The notes below the pieces were generated by a model. The model worked only from the letters and a program-made list of their open reading frames with translations, did no database searches and was not told the origin of the DNA. The position numbers and the translations under genes are program-made. Positions 28,324 through 42,533 of a stretch of DNA of 64,000 bases are shown here, piece by piece; the stretch's first letter is position 1, and every line of letters starts with the position of its first letter. Source of the DNA: the human T2T-CHM13v2.0 reference genome, Homo sapiens; the NCBI RefSeq assembly GCF_009914755.1, contig NC_060947.1; one strand, written 5' to 3'.

Positions 28324-28697
28324 ACCTATCAGGTACTATGCTGATTACCTGGGTGACCAAACCTCCATGACACACAATTTACCAATGTATCAATCCTGCA
28401 CATGTACTCCCAGAATGTAAAATAAAATTTGAAAGAAAAAAATAAAACAATAGCTCTTTTAGAGCTAGTAGATTTTTACTCATAGAAAATGTGTTCAATT
28501 ATAACTTAAAACAGAACTACCATTTGACCGAGCAATTCCATTACTGGGTGTATACCCAGAGGAATATAGATTACTCTGCCATAAAGACACTTGCATTAGT
28601 CTGTTCATCACAGCACTATTCATTATAGCAAAGACATCAAATCAGCCTAGATGCTCATCAGTGGTGTACTAGACAAAGAAAAGATGGTACATATACA

Positions 28698-29210
28698 AAA
28701 TTAAATACTATGCAGCTATAAACAATAAAATAATGATATCCTGTTGTTTGCAAAAACGTGGATGGAACTGGAGGTCATCATGTCATGGAAAGACAAACTC
28801 CTTATGTTCTCACTTATTTGTGAGTGCTAAAAATCAAAACAATTGAATTTATGAAGATTGAGAATACAAGGACTGTTAACCAGAGGCTGAGGATAGTGAG
28901 GGGCTGTAGGGGAGGTAGGGATGGTTAATGTACAGAAAAAAATAGAAATAATGAGTAAGACATACCATTTGATAGCACAACAGGGTGACTATAGTCAGTA
29001 ATAACTTAATTGTAAATTTTAAAATGACTAAAAGAGTATAATTGTATTGTTTATAACACAAAGGATAAATGCTAGAGGGGATGGATACCTCATTTTCATG
29101 ATGTGATTATTGCTTATTTCATGCCTGTACCAAAGTATCTCATATACCCCATAAATATATACACCTACTATGTATCAATCAAAAATTTTTAAAAATTAAA
29201 GAAGAAAAAA
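28698..29210 (+). mobile_element. L1MA2-like 3' fragment
   Basis: ggataaatgctagaggggatggatacc...ataccccataaatatatacacctactatgta. Flanked by the duplicated aaagaaaa..tggta.atataca. Confidence 0.75.
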
Positions 29211-29486
29211 AAAGAAAATTTGGTAAATATACACCATGGAATACTATGCAGCCACAGAAAAACCAATGAAATGATATCCTATGTAGCAACATGGATGGAG
29301 CTGGAGGCCATTATCCTAAGCAAATTAACACACAGGAACAGAAAAACAAATATCACATATTACCACTTATAAGTGGGAGCTACATATTGAGTACACGTGG
29401 ACACAAAGAAGGAAACAATAGACAGCAGAGCTTTCTTGAGAGTGAAGGGTGAGAGGAGAGCGAGGATCAAAAAACTGCCTATTGTC

Positions 29487-29820
<334 letters not shown>

Positions 29821-31129
29821 CTACTATCCGCACTACCCGGGCGACAAAATAATCTGTACAGAAAACCCCTGCAATATTAATTTACCCACATAATAAACCT
29901 ATGCATGTACCCTGTAAACTTAAAATAAAAGTTGGAAATAAAAAAGAAAGCATCATTTCACCATTTTGTATTTGACTAAATGTTTTCAGGTGGCATAAAC
30001 TCTCTTCTTCTCTACCTTTAGGACTTACCTGTGTTTGTACATAATTCTGTTTTCATTTTCAAGGATGTCATAAATAAACACAGGTATTAAGAGACATTAT
30101 ATAATTTTGATTTGGAGCCTCAGTGAAGTGGGGTGCCTTGAATTTTAATACATACATGGCCAAGAATAATAGAGCTATAAAAGTGCCACAAGCTGATTTT
30201 AGGTATGATATTTCCTATTTTGAAAGTTGATTTCTCAGATTTCCATATTATCACAAAAGTGTTTTTTTCAATGGCATCTATGTTATATGTCTACATGTAT
30301 ACACTGAGAGATAAGTTGTGTGCATGTGTGTGTCTAGTACAACATGGAAAATTACATCCACTGAGGTATATTTTTAGAAACACAGAACATAGATGATTGA
30401 CAGAACAAAGCATATGGAAATGAAGACAAATCTAACCGACATTTAGATCTAAGAAAAAAATATTTGCCTGAAGGGAAAATATTAATTAGTTTGTCTACAT
30501 GCAAGATAAAAGTCTGGAAGACGTATCTATCAAAAGGCAGTGGAATAAACAGCAAAATGGAAATTATTTGTAAACTGACAGTAAACTTGGCAAACATTGA
30601 GGGGGTAAACAAGTTATTTGGCATGCAAAGCATTTTGAAATCACAGCCTCTGTCAGGAGGCATCTGTGCCTAGATTCACTTATTTGACAGAAATTAACAT
30701 TTTGCAGAAATCTTTGTTGCATGCTAAAGATTTCTTCACCCTCCTTAATTATTTTAATTGCTGCTTCAGAATGTTCCAAATAAACACTCAAAAGATGCTA
30801 AACTCCACAAAGTCCAATCCAATTTCAATATTACAGAGTGATTGCACTCTGAGTTGACTGTAATACCTACCAAGAGGTGATCTATTTAAGTAAATATACC
30901 CAGCATATTTTTATGGGATAAAATATAAGGGCCATGTAAATCCAGTAATAAGCCTTATAGCACTGGGAAAGGTAAAATTGCAAGTTCAGCCGCAGAAACT
31001 ACTTTACCCAATTTTATCTATCTTACATAATTAAAAATCATGCAAGGCTCTAAAATCCTATGGATTAAATAATTTTCACTATCTTTAATTTCTGACAAAA
31101 TTTTAGATAACTAGTAAGGTAAATTAAGA

Positions 31130-31290
31130 GATTTGGTATAGTGGGAAAAATATTGTCACAGAGATTCAAGAAGTCCTAGCTCTGTCAATAACTAGTTGTC
31201 ACTTAACTTCTGTGGTTCTCAGTCTCCTCATCAGTAAAAAGAAAAAGATTTGATCTTGTCTGAAGTCCTTTTCAAGCTACAATTTAGACA
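31130..31290 (+). mobile_element. MIR (MIR3/MIRc-like)
   Basis: tcctagctctgtcaataactagttgtcacttaacttctgtggttctcagtctcctcatcagtaaaa. Confidence 0.7.
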
Positions 31291-32094
31291 TTCCAGGTTA
31301 TCTGATTATAAATGTTCAAACTCTCTTATTTTGGGAACTTAAGAAACTTATTTTCTTAAGTGAAAACTGTCTTGTTCAAAACAGTGATTTTCTTTCTTTT
31401 TTTTTTTAAATAATATTCACTGTGAGAGAGATATCCGTCAGCAAAATCCTGTAATTTTTGTTTCAAAATAATAGAATCTTTAAGCAGTGACTTTTTCTCC
31501 TTTTGCCTTTGAGGAAACTGATGTATACAAAGATTAACTGACTTGAATTTAAGTGTTATATTTAAAACAGGTCATTTTTATGTTTAAAGCCCTTTGATAA
31601 GTGCTTTACTTTTATTATGTAACTCAATTTTTAAAACAGTGTATGAAGTAGGAGGAGGTAGTCTGGTAGTAGAAACAGAATTTATACAAAGTTAATTCAT
31701 CTAAAGACTATTATTTCCACACCACAATATCCTCAAGTTAAGTAGGCAGTTGCATATTTAAGGTATACTTTAAGGGAATCTACTGATCTGCTATTCTACC
31801 ATTAGATTCATTCCTGTGTGCTACCAATCCAGAATCTGCTTCTAGGACGTTCTTAATAGAAGTCACAAAAATGAGCTAACACAACAATTTGTAAGTGCTT
31901 GTCACTAATAAAGATTTCACTTGTCAGTAACAAAATCAATTAGTTATTTTTCATAAAGCTAGATATAGTCTATTTAATATACTCCATTATTTTAAATTAT
32001 AATTTCTGCTATTTTGGTGTTAATGAATTATTCTTTTATGAAATAACAATCTATGTGGAAGACAATATATTCCATTTTGTCTGGAGGAGAGGTT

Positions 32095-32325
32095 TTGGCA
32101 TATTAATTAAAAAGCAAGGCCCTGGTTTCAGGCTATCTTGGTTACACAACACCTACTTTTAATTTTGCAACTTGTGCAAGTGATTAAATCTTTCTAAAAC
32201 TTTTCTCAGCTCTATAGTATGATTAATAATGGTATCATTTTCATATGATTATTATGATTATTACCTGAGTTAATGCATGTGAAGTACTTTATACATGTTA
32301 ATGGCATGTTAGATATTAGCTGTTA
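32095..32325 (+). mobile_element. MIR SINE
   Basis: gcaacttgtgcaagtgattaaatctttct...taataatggtatcattttcatatgatt...taatgcatgtgaagtactt. Confidence 0.65.
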
Positions 32326-33410
32326 CTTATATAATAGGGGTATAGGTTTATGTGTTTGAGTATACGTGTGTGTGTGTCTATGTTTTTCATAGCTTTGTAT
32401 ATTAAAATAAAAAGTTAGCAAACATATATTGGTCCTCTTGGTATTTCGTTGTTGTTTCATTTTACTGATCCATGAAACACACAAATCTTTGTATCAATGA
32501 ACTAACTTTTAACCTCACTGGGATGTAGTTTCAGGACCTTAATACTAAATAGAATACAGGGAGTAGGCTAAATATGTATTGGACCTTCAGTTTGAAGCTG
32601 AAGGATAGGCTAAAAAGTCTGGGCTAGGAAGTTCAATTCAAAGTGTGAGTTGTCCAGAGAAAAATGGAAAGCACAGAAAAGAAATTGGAAATAGGAATTG
32701 GTCAAAATGGAGGTGTGAAAAGGCAGAAAACCAATTTAGCTGACATTCAGATTTTACTCAGGTCTTTTTCTTTCTATATTTCTTATCCAGAATCTTTTGT
32801 GGACATTCTTCATAGAGTGATACCAGATTTAAAATCAAAGATTGCTTCTTTGCAGAGGTGAAAAACACATAAACGCATTTAAGCTTCATTAATTTTCCTC
32901 GTCCTATTCTGTCCTGAGGAACAAGTTTGGACTTGAATTAAAAATATTCATAGTCAATGTACAAATAAATGAAAGATCACAGAGAAACCTCACAAAGTGC
33001 ACAAACTGGGAAACCTGAGAACACTGTGTGCTGAAAAACATAAATGTAATCTTAAGCTATTCCTCTTATTGCTGTTGTAGGACATATGTGATGTTGTCCT
33101 GGTCATAATGGGGAAGGATTTTCTAGAGACAGAGGAAAATGAGCTAGCCAGAATCCTTTGAGAGTTAATGGCAATATCATTGATGAAAATACTTCTCACT
33201 TCACTTATGGCTATATTCAGTGTAATCTTTTTTTCCAGAATTAATTAGAATGAAATGAATTAAAATTTTAAAAATGTAAATAATGGTCCTTTTGGATTTT
33301 TTTTTTCTGAAGGGCATGGAAATCTATAAGTTATCTCTTATTAAGATAAAATTGTCTGAAATGAGTAAATAAAAATCAGTTTTGATTGGTATTATTAAAG
33401 CTAAACATTT

Positions 33411-36400
33411 CATATCATGGTGGGGGCCAAGATGGCCAAATAGGAACAGCTCTGGTCTGCAGCTCCCAGTGAGACCAGTGCAGAAGGCAGGTAATTTCTG
33501 CATTACTGACTGATGTACCCAGTTCATCTCATTGGGACTGGTTAGGCAGTGGGTCCAACCCATGGAGGGTGAGCAGAAGCAGGGTGGGACATCACGTCAC
33601 ACGGCAAGTGCAAGGAGCTGGGGGACCACCCTTCCCCAGCCAAGGGAAGCTGTGAGGGACTGTGCTACCCAGCTGGGTTACTACACTTTTCCCACAGTTT
33701 TTGCAATCTATCTGCAGATCAGGAGATTCCCTCTTGTGTCTACACCTCCAGGGCCCTCAGTTTCAAGCACAAAACTGGGCAGCTGTTGGGGCAGACACCA
33801 AGCTAGCTGCAGGAGTTTTTTTTTTTTCTTTCATACCCCAGTGGTGCCTGGAACCCCAGAAAGACAGAACTGTTTATTCCTCTGGCAAGGGGGCTGAAGC
33901 CAGAGAGCCAAGAGGTCTCGCCAAGCAGGTCCCACTCCCACGGAGCCCAGCAATCTAAGAACCACTGGCTTGAAATTCTCGCTGCCAGTGTAGCAGTCTG
34001 AAGTTGACCTGGGATAATCGAACTCGGTTAGGGGAGGGGCACCATAACTGAGGCTTTAGTAGGTGGTTTTCCCCTGACAGTGCTAAGGAGGCTGGGAGGT
34101 CTGGGCTGGGCGCAACAAAGTGACTGTGGCCAGACTGCTTCTCTAGATTCCTCCTCATTGGTCAGGGCATCTCTGAAGGAAAAGTAACAGCCCCAGTCAG
34201 GGGCTTATAGACAAAGCCCCCATCTCCCTGGGACAGAGCACCTCGGGGAAGGGGGTGACTGTGGGCCCAGCCACAGCAGATTAAATCATCCCTGTGTGCT
34301 GGCTCTAAAGGGAGAAGCTGATTCTGACAAGAAGGATTCTCCCAGCACAGCGTACCAGCTCTGCTAAGGGACAGGCTGCCTCCTCAAGTGGGTCTCTGAC
34401 CCCTGTGCCTCCTGACTGGGAGCTACCTCCCAACAGGGGTGGACAGGCACCTCATACAGAAGAGGTCTGGCTGGCATCAGGCTGGTGCCCCTGTGGGACG
34501 AATCTTCCAGAGAAAGGAGCAGGCAGCAATCTTTGCTGTTCTGCAGCCTCCACTGGTGATACCCAGGTGAACAACGTCTGGATTGGAACTCCAGCAAGCT
34601 GCAGCAGACCTGCAGAAGAGGCCTGACTATTAGAAGAAAAGCTAACAAACAGAAAGCAACAAGATCAACGTCAACATAAAGGACTCCCACACAAAAATCT
34701 CAACCAAAGGTCATCAGCCTCAAAGAACAAACGTAGATAAATCCACAAAGATGAGGAAAAAACAGAGCAAAAGCGCAGAAAATTTCAAAAACCAGAATAC
34801 CTCTTCTCCTCCAGATGATTGCAACTTTTCTCCAGCAAGGGCACAAAACTGGACAGAATGAGTTGGACGAATTGACAAAAGTAGGCTTCAGAAGGTGGGT
34901 AATAACAAACTCCTCTGAGCTAAAGGAGCATGTTCTAACCCAATGCAAGGAAGCTAAGAACAATGATAAAAGGTATAGGAAACCGCTAACTAGAATAACC
35001 AGTTTATAGAGTAACATAAAGGACCTGGTGGAGCTGAAAAACACAGAACAAGAACTTCGTGAAGCATACACAAGTATCAATAGCCGAATCGATCAAGCAG
35101 AAGAAAGGATATAAGAGAATGAAGATCAACTTACTGAAATAAAGTGTGAAGACAAGCTTAGAAAAACAAGAATGAAAAGGAATGAACAAAGCCCCAGGAA
35201 ATACAGGACTATGTGAAAAGACCAAACCTACGATTTATTGGTGTACCTGAAAGAGACAGGGAGAAAGGAACCAAGTTGGAAAACACATTTCACAGTATTA
35301 TCCAGGAAAACTTCCCCAACCTAGCAAGACAGTCCAACATTCAAATTTGGGAAATACAGAGAACACCACTAAGATACTCTTTGAGAAGAACAACCCCAAA
35401 ATACATAATCATCAGAGTCTCCAAGGCTGAAAAGAAAGCAAAAAATGTTAAGGGGAGCCAGAGAGAAAGGTCATGTTACCTACAAATGGAAGCACACCAG
35501 ATTAACAGCAGATCTCTCTGCAGAAACCCTACGAGCCAGAAGAGAGTGGGGGCCAATATTCAACATTCTTAAATAAAAGAATTTTCAACCCAGAATTTCA
35601 TATCCAGCCAAACTAAGTTTCATAAGCAAAGGAGAAATATAATACTGTCCAGATAAGCAAATGCTGAGGAATTTTGTCACCACCAGGCCTGCCTTATAAG
35701 AGCTCCTGAAGGAAGCACTAAATATGGAAAGGAAAAACCATTACCAGCCACTGCAAGAATACCATAATATAAAGACTAATTACACTATGAAGAAACTGCA
35801 TCAAGTAATGTAGCATCATGACAAGATGATCAAATTCACACATAACAATATTAACCTTAAAAGTAAATGGACTAAATGCCCCAATTAAAAGACACAGACT
35901 GGCAAATCAGATAAAGAGTCAAGGCCCATCAATGTGCTGTATTCAGAAGACCCATCTCATGTGTAAAGACACACATAGGCTCAAAATAAAGGGATGGAGA
36001 AATATTTACCAAGCAAGTGGAAAGGAAAATAAAGCAGGGGTTGCAATCCTAGTCTCTGATAAAACAAACTTTAAAACAACAAAGATCAAAATAGACAAAG
36101 AAGGGCATTATATAATGGTAAAATGATCAATGCAACAAGAACTAACTATCTTAAATACATATGCACCCAAAAGAGGAGCACCCAGATTTATAAAACAAGT
36201 TCTTAGAGATCTACAAAGAGACTTATACTCCCACACAATAATAGTGGGAGACTTTAACACCCCACTGTCAATATTAGACAGATTGAGACAGAAAATTAAC
36301 AAGGATATTTAGGAGATAAACTCAGCTCATTACCAACTGGACCTACCAGACATCTACAGAACTCTCCACACCAAATCAACAGAATATACATTATTCTCAG

Positions 36401-39400
36401 CACCACATATCACTTATTCTAAAACCGTCCACATAATTGGAAGTAGAACAATCCTCAGCAAATGCAAAAGAACAGAAATCATAATAAGCAGTCTATCAGA
36501 CCACAGTGCAATCAAATTAGAACTCAGGATTAAGAAACTCACTCAAAACTGCACAACTACTTGGAAATTAACATGCTCCTGAATGACTACTGCATAAATT
36601 ACAAAATTAAGGCAGAAATAAAAAAGTTATTTGACACCAATGTGAACAAAGAGACAATGAATCTCTGGGACATAGCTAAAGCTGTGTTAAGAGGGAAATT
36701 AATTGCACTAAATGTGCACATCAGAAAGTGGGAAATATCTAAAACTCTATCATCATAATTAAAATAACTAGGGAAGCAGAGCAAACAAATTCAAAAGCTT
36801 GCAAAAGACAAGAAATAACTAAGATCAGAGCAAAACTGAAGGAGATAGAGACACGAAAAACCCTTCAAACAATCAATGAATACAAGAGCCGTTTATTTGG
36901 AAAAGATTAACAAAATAGATGGACCACTAGCTAGACTAACAAATCCCTATAAAAATCCCTGAATAGACCAATAACAAGTTCTCAAATTGAGGCAGTAATT
37001 AATAGCCTACCAACCAAAAAAAAAGCCCAGGATCAGACAAATTCACAGCCAAATTCTACCAGAGGTACAAAAAAGGAACTGGTACCATTCCTTCTGAAAC
37101 CATTATAAACAATAGAAAAAGAGGGATTCCTCCCTAACTCATTTGATGAGGCCAGCATCATTCTGATATCAAAACCTGGCAGAGACACAACAAAAAAGAA
37201 AATTTCAGGCCAATATCCCTGATGAACGTTGATGTGAAAATCGATGTGAAAATCCTCAGTAAAAGACTGGCAAACAAAATCCAGCAGCACATCAAAAAGC
37301 TTATCCATCATAATCAAGTTGGCTTCATCTCTGGTATGTAAGGCTGGTTCAACATACACAAATCAATACAGGTAATCCATCACATAAACAGAATCAATGA
37401 CAAAAACACACAATTATCTGAATATATGCAGAAAAGGCCTTCAATAAAATTCAACACCCATTCATGCTAAAAACTCTCAATAAACTAGGTATTGATGGAA
37501 CATATCTCAAAATAGTAAGAGCTATTTATGACAAACCCATAGCCAATATCATACTGAATGGGCAAACGCTGGAAGAATTCCCTTTAAAAAGTGGCACAAG
37601 ACAAGGATGACCTTTCTCACCACTCCTATTTAACATAGTATTGGAAGTACTGGCCAGTACTTGGAAATTAACAGGCAAGAGGAAGAAATAAAGTGTATTC
37701 ACATAGGAAGAGAGGAAGTCAAATTGTCTCTATTTGCAGACCACATAATTGTATATTTAGAAAACCCCATTGTCTCAGCCCAGAAATTCTTTAAGCTGTT
37801 AAGCAACTTCAGCAAGTCTCAGGATACAAAATCAATGTGCAAAAATTACAAGCATTCCTATACACCAACAATAGACAAGGAGAGAGCGAAATCAAGAGTG
37901 AACTCCCATTGACGATTGCTACAAAGAGAATAAAATACCTAGGAATACCACTTACAAAGGACATGAAACATCTCTTCAAGGAGAACTACAAACAACTGCT
38001 CAAGGAAATAAGAAATGACACAAACCAAAGGAAAAAAATTCCATGATCATCGATAGGAAGAATCAGTATTGTGAAAATGGCCCTACTCCCCAAATTAATT
38101 TATAGATTCAATGCTATCCCCATAAGGCTACTATTGACTTTCTTTGCAGAATTAGGAAAAAAACTACTTTAATTCATATGAAAGCAAAAAACGATTCCAT
38201 ATAGCCAAAATGATCCTAAGCAAAAAGAACAAAGCTGGAAGCATTATGCTGCCTGACTTCAAACTATACTACAAGGCTACAGTAACCAAAACAGTATGTT
38301 ACAGGTACCAAAACAGATACATAGACCAATGGAACAGAACAGAAACTTCAGAAATAACACCACACATCTACAACCATCTGATATTTGACAAACCTGCCAA
38401 AAACAAGCAATAGGAAAAGATTCCCTATTTCATAAATGGTGCTGGGAAAACTGGCTTACCATATGCAGAAAACAGAAACTGAACCACTTCATTATACCTT
38501 ATAGAGAAATTAATTCAAGATGGATTAAAGACATAAATGTAAAACCCAAGACCACAAAAACCCTAGAAGAAAACCTAGGCAACACCATTTGGTACATAGC
38601 CATGGGCAAAGACTTCATGACTAAAACACCAAAAGCAATTGCAACAAAAGCCAAAATTGTCAAATGGTATCTATTCAAACTAAAGAGCTTCTGCACAGCA
38701 AAAGATACAATCATCAGAGTGAACCAGAAACCTACAGAATGGGAAACAATTTTTGCAAGCTACCCATCTGACACAGATCTAATATCCAGAATCCACTAGG
38801 AACTTAAACAAATTTACCAGAAAAAAACAAACAACACCATCAAAAATGGGTGAAGGATATGAACAAACACTTCTCAAAAGAAGAAATTTATGCAGTCAAC
38901 AAACACATGAAAAAAAAGTTCATCATCGCTGGTCATTAAAGAAATGCAAATCAAAACCACAATGAGATACCACCTCACACCAGTTAGAATGGAGATCAGT
39001 TAGAATGGAGAGTCAGGAAACAACAGATGCTGGAGACGATGTGGAGAAACAAGAACACTTTTACACCATTGGTGGGAGTGTAAATTAGTTCAACCATTGT
39101 GGAAGACAGTGTGGCAATTCCTCAAGGATCTAGAACCAGAAATACCATTTGACCCAGCAATCCCATTACTGGGTATATACCCAAAGGATTACAAATCATT
39201 CTACTATAAAGACACATGCACACATATGTTCATTGCAGCACTATTTACAATAGCAAAGACTTGGAAGCAATCCAAATGCCCATCCAAGATAGACGGGATA
39301 AAGAAAATGTGGTACATATACAGCATGAAATACTATGCAGACATTAAAAAGAATGAGTTCATGTCCTTTGCAGGGACACGGATGAAGCTGGAAGCCATCA

Positions 39401-39696
39401 TTTTCAGAAAACTAACACAGGAACAGAAAACCAAACACCACATGTTCTCACTCATAAGTGGGAGTTGAGCAATGAGAACACATGGACACAGGGAGAGGAA
39501 CATAACACATATGGGCCTGTTGGGGCATGGCGGGTAAGGGGAGGGAGAGCATTAGGACAAATACCTAATGCATGTGGGGCTTAAAACCTAGATGATGGGT
39601 TGATAGGTGCAGCAAACCACCATGGCACATGTATATCTATGTAACAAACATACACATTCTGTGCATGTATCCCAGAACTTAAAGTAAAATTTTAAA
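33411..39696 (+). mobile_element. Full-length L1PA8-like element (ORFs disrupted)
   Basis: 5' UTR ccaagatggccaaataggaacagctctggtctgcagctcccag, ORF1 (KRPNLRFIGVPERD), ORF2 fragments, 3' UTR taatgcatgtggggcttaaaacctagatgatgggttgatagg. TSD aaagct(a/g)aacattt at 33397-33410 and 39697-39710. Confidence 0.92.
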
Positions 39697-42180
39697 AAAG
39701 CTGAACATTTTTAGAGCACAAAATGTCATTCATGAAAATATTTTGAATATTTTTGAAGTTAAATAACTATGGAGACAAGATGGCTGACTACAGGCAGCTA
39801 GGAGGAACATCTGCCACCAAGATACTGGGAAACCGGGAAGACTGCTGCACCTCGAGCAGATCTCTGGAAGGAAGCAGTTAATAGTGAACAGAAGGAGGAC
39901 ACAGATGATGGGCTGAAGGAAGAGGAAGTTGGGAACCCTGCACAGGGCTACCATGCTCCGGTACTCATTCCTGGCCCCCAGTGACTCCTGGGAAAGCGGT
40001 GAGTTGAGCAGGCAAGGCATGACCTGCTATTCCCACAGGCGTCTGGAATCCTGCCAGCATGAGACCCCATGACTGCTTGGGACACTTAAACTGGCAGGGA
40101 GAGCCACTTAGGGAGGTGGCATGGGCAAGACTCCAGCATGTGTGGAACCCAGGGGGTTTGGTGTGAGAATATTTGCAGGGGAGCATGACCAGGGAAGTCC
40201 ATCACCCAAGACTACCCTTGCTCCCCTGGGAGACTCTACCCTTAGGGGAACTGTTGCACCCAAACAGAGCACAGCAATCTTGCCCATGTAATGGAGACAG
40301 TGTAACATGAGCACCCTTCAGTCCACTGGCCTCTCCTGGGTCCCCAGCCTGGCCATTTCTGCTTGCAGTGCAGCCTAGTATAGCCAACCTGGGTGCTTCC
40401 TGGGGACCCGCATTATCGTTTCTGCACTACCAGATCATACCTGACCTTTGGGGACATCCAGCAGAGTGGCCTCCACTGACAGGCACCAGCCCACCAGCTC
40501 CCTCCCCTCAACACAGCCCTCACTGTGCCACTTTGCCAGCACATACTTGCCCATGACCACTCCCCCATCACTTAGCTTGCGCATGGGCAAACCTTGCCTC
40601 ACCTTCCCTGTTGGCATGTGGGTTTATGTGCACCCCTCCTAGGCATTGTTGCTAAGATGAGTACTGCCACCATCCCTGCTGCCATGCCACCATGCCACCA
40701 TTACCAGTGAAAACACATGCACAGACACCACTGTCCCTGACCCCCACCCTGCACAGCCACCTGGGCTAGCATTAAAGCACACACAGTGATTGCCCACCCA
40801 GCGTCTGCTAGCGCCCCTCCTCTGCGCTGACACTATCACTGGTAGCAAGGTACACGTGGACCCCAGAGGCCCCAATTCCTCTCTTCTCCTTTCCCCAAGC
40901 ACTGCCTCTCCCATTACTGCCAACACTGGCACAGAATCCAGCAGCCCTAAGATCACTAGCACCCTGACAAGCTGAGGAGCATGCAATTCACTGCACTGCT
41001 GCTGCTAAAGTGCAAATGATCACAGTTCTCACTGCTGCAACCAATGGAAGAGCTTTGGCTGGCACAACCCTTCAGATTGTTGTGGCCAGTAATCTGGGAA
41101 GACCTCAGACCCACCAGTGCAGCAGTTTCCCAACCTCAAGGGGCCAGAAAACAAAGCCAGGAGCCTGATACTAGCCTCCCAGAATTACAGCACTCAGCCC
41201 AGGCATTGGCCCCCCAAAAGTCTACCAGAAATGAAGACAGCCAAATAAACCCATCTCATACCACAATCAAATACCCAAGGACATCAAAGAAGATAAAAGA
41301 AAAGAAAAAAAATTCCAATGGACAACAACTTCAAAGACTGAAGGAACATTAGACCACACAGATGAGAAAGAACCAGTTCAAGATCTCCAGAAACTCAAAA
41401 AGCCAGAGTGTCTTTTTACCTCCAAACAATTGCACTAGTTCTGCAGCAATTGTTCTTACCCAGGCTGAAATCGCTGAAATGACAAACATAGATTTTTGAA
41501 TATGAATAGGAATGAAGATCATCGACATTCAGGAGAAAGTCAAAACCCAATCCAATGTTTCTAAGAGATATGATGAAATGATACAGGAGAGGAAAGACAA
41601 AATGGTCATTTTTATGAAAGGATAAAACTAAGCTGATAGAGCTGAAAAACTCACCTTAAGAATTTCAGAATAAAATTGCAAGTATTAACAGAAGAATCAA
41701 CCAACCTGAGGAAAGAATCTCAGACCTCAAAGAACAGTTCTCCAAAATAACTCAGTCAGACAAAAATAAGGAAAAAAAAATAAAGAAGAATAAATAAAAC
41801 CTCCAAGAAATATGGGATTATGTAAAGAGACCAAGTCAACTACTTATTGGCGTCTCTGACAGAGAGGGAGAGAGAAAAAGCAACTTGGAAAACATATTTC
41901 AGGATATAGCCCATGAAAATTCCCCAACCTTGCTAGAGAGGCCAACCTTCAAATTCAGGCAACACTGAGAACCCCTGAAAAATACTACACAAGAAGACAA
42001 TGGCCAAGTCACATAGTCATCAGATTTCCCAAGTTCAAAATGAAAGAAAAAGAAAATGTTCAAAGCAGCTAGAGAGAAGTGGCAGGCCACCTACAAAGGG
42101 AACCCAATCAGGCTAACAGCAGACCTTTCAGCAGAAACATGTAATGCAAAAGAAAATGAGCCCCTCTATTCAACATTATT

Positions 42181-42379
42181 TTATTTTATTTTATTTTATT
42201 TTATTTTATTTTATTTTATTTTATTTTATTTTTGAGATGGAGTCTCGCTCTGTCGCCCAGGCTGGAGTGCAGTGTCATGATCTCGGCTTACTGCAAGCTC
42301 CACCTCCTGGGTTCATGCCATTCTCCTGCCTCAGCCTCCTGAGTAGCTGGGACTACAGTGCCCACCACCACACCCGGCT

Positions 42380-42417
<38 letters not shown>

Positions 42418-42533
42418 TGGAGACAGGGTTTCACTGTGTTAGCCAGGATGGTCTCGAGCTCCTGACCTCGTGATCCACCCACCTCGGCCTCCCAAAGTGC
42501 TAGGATTACAGGCGTGAGCCACTGCGCCCGGCC
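42181..42533 (-). mobile_element. AluY with (AAAAT)n tail
   Basis: AluY diagnostics, expanded middle T-run, perfect TSD tattcaacattatt at 42167-42180 and 42534-42547. Confidence 0.93.

Noticed and set aside
30027-30085. 10-bp inverted repeat acctgtgttt/aaacacaggt
   Set aside because: Too short, with an unpaired 39-nt interior; not a convincing miRNA hairpin or MITE.
33411-39696. Possible active full-length L1
   Set aside because: ORF1 and ORF2 are broken by many stops, frameshifts and a deletion.
39730-41352. Cluster of overlapping ORFs in GC-rich sequence
   Set aside because: L1PA13-15 5' UTR; no coding signature.
42175-42232. Regular (TTTTA)n array
   Set aside because: Ordinary Alu-tail microsatellite, not a CRISPR-like or functional array.
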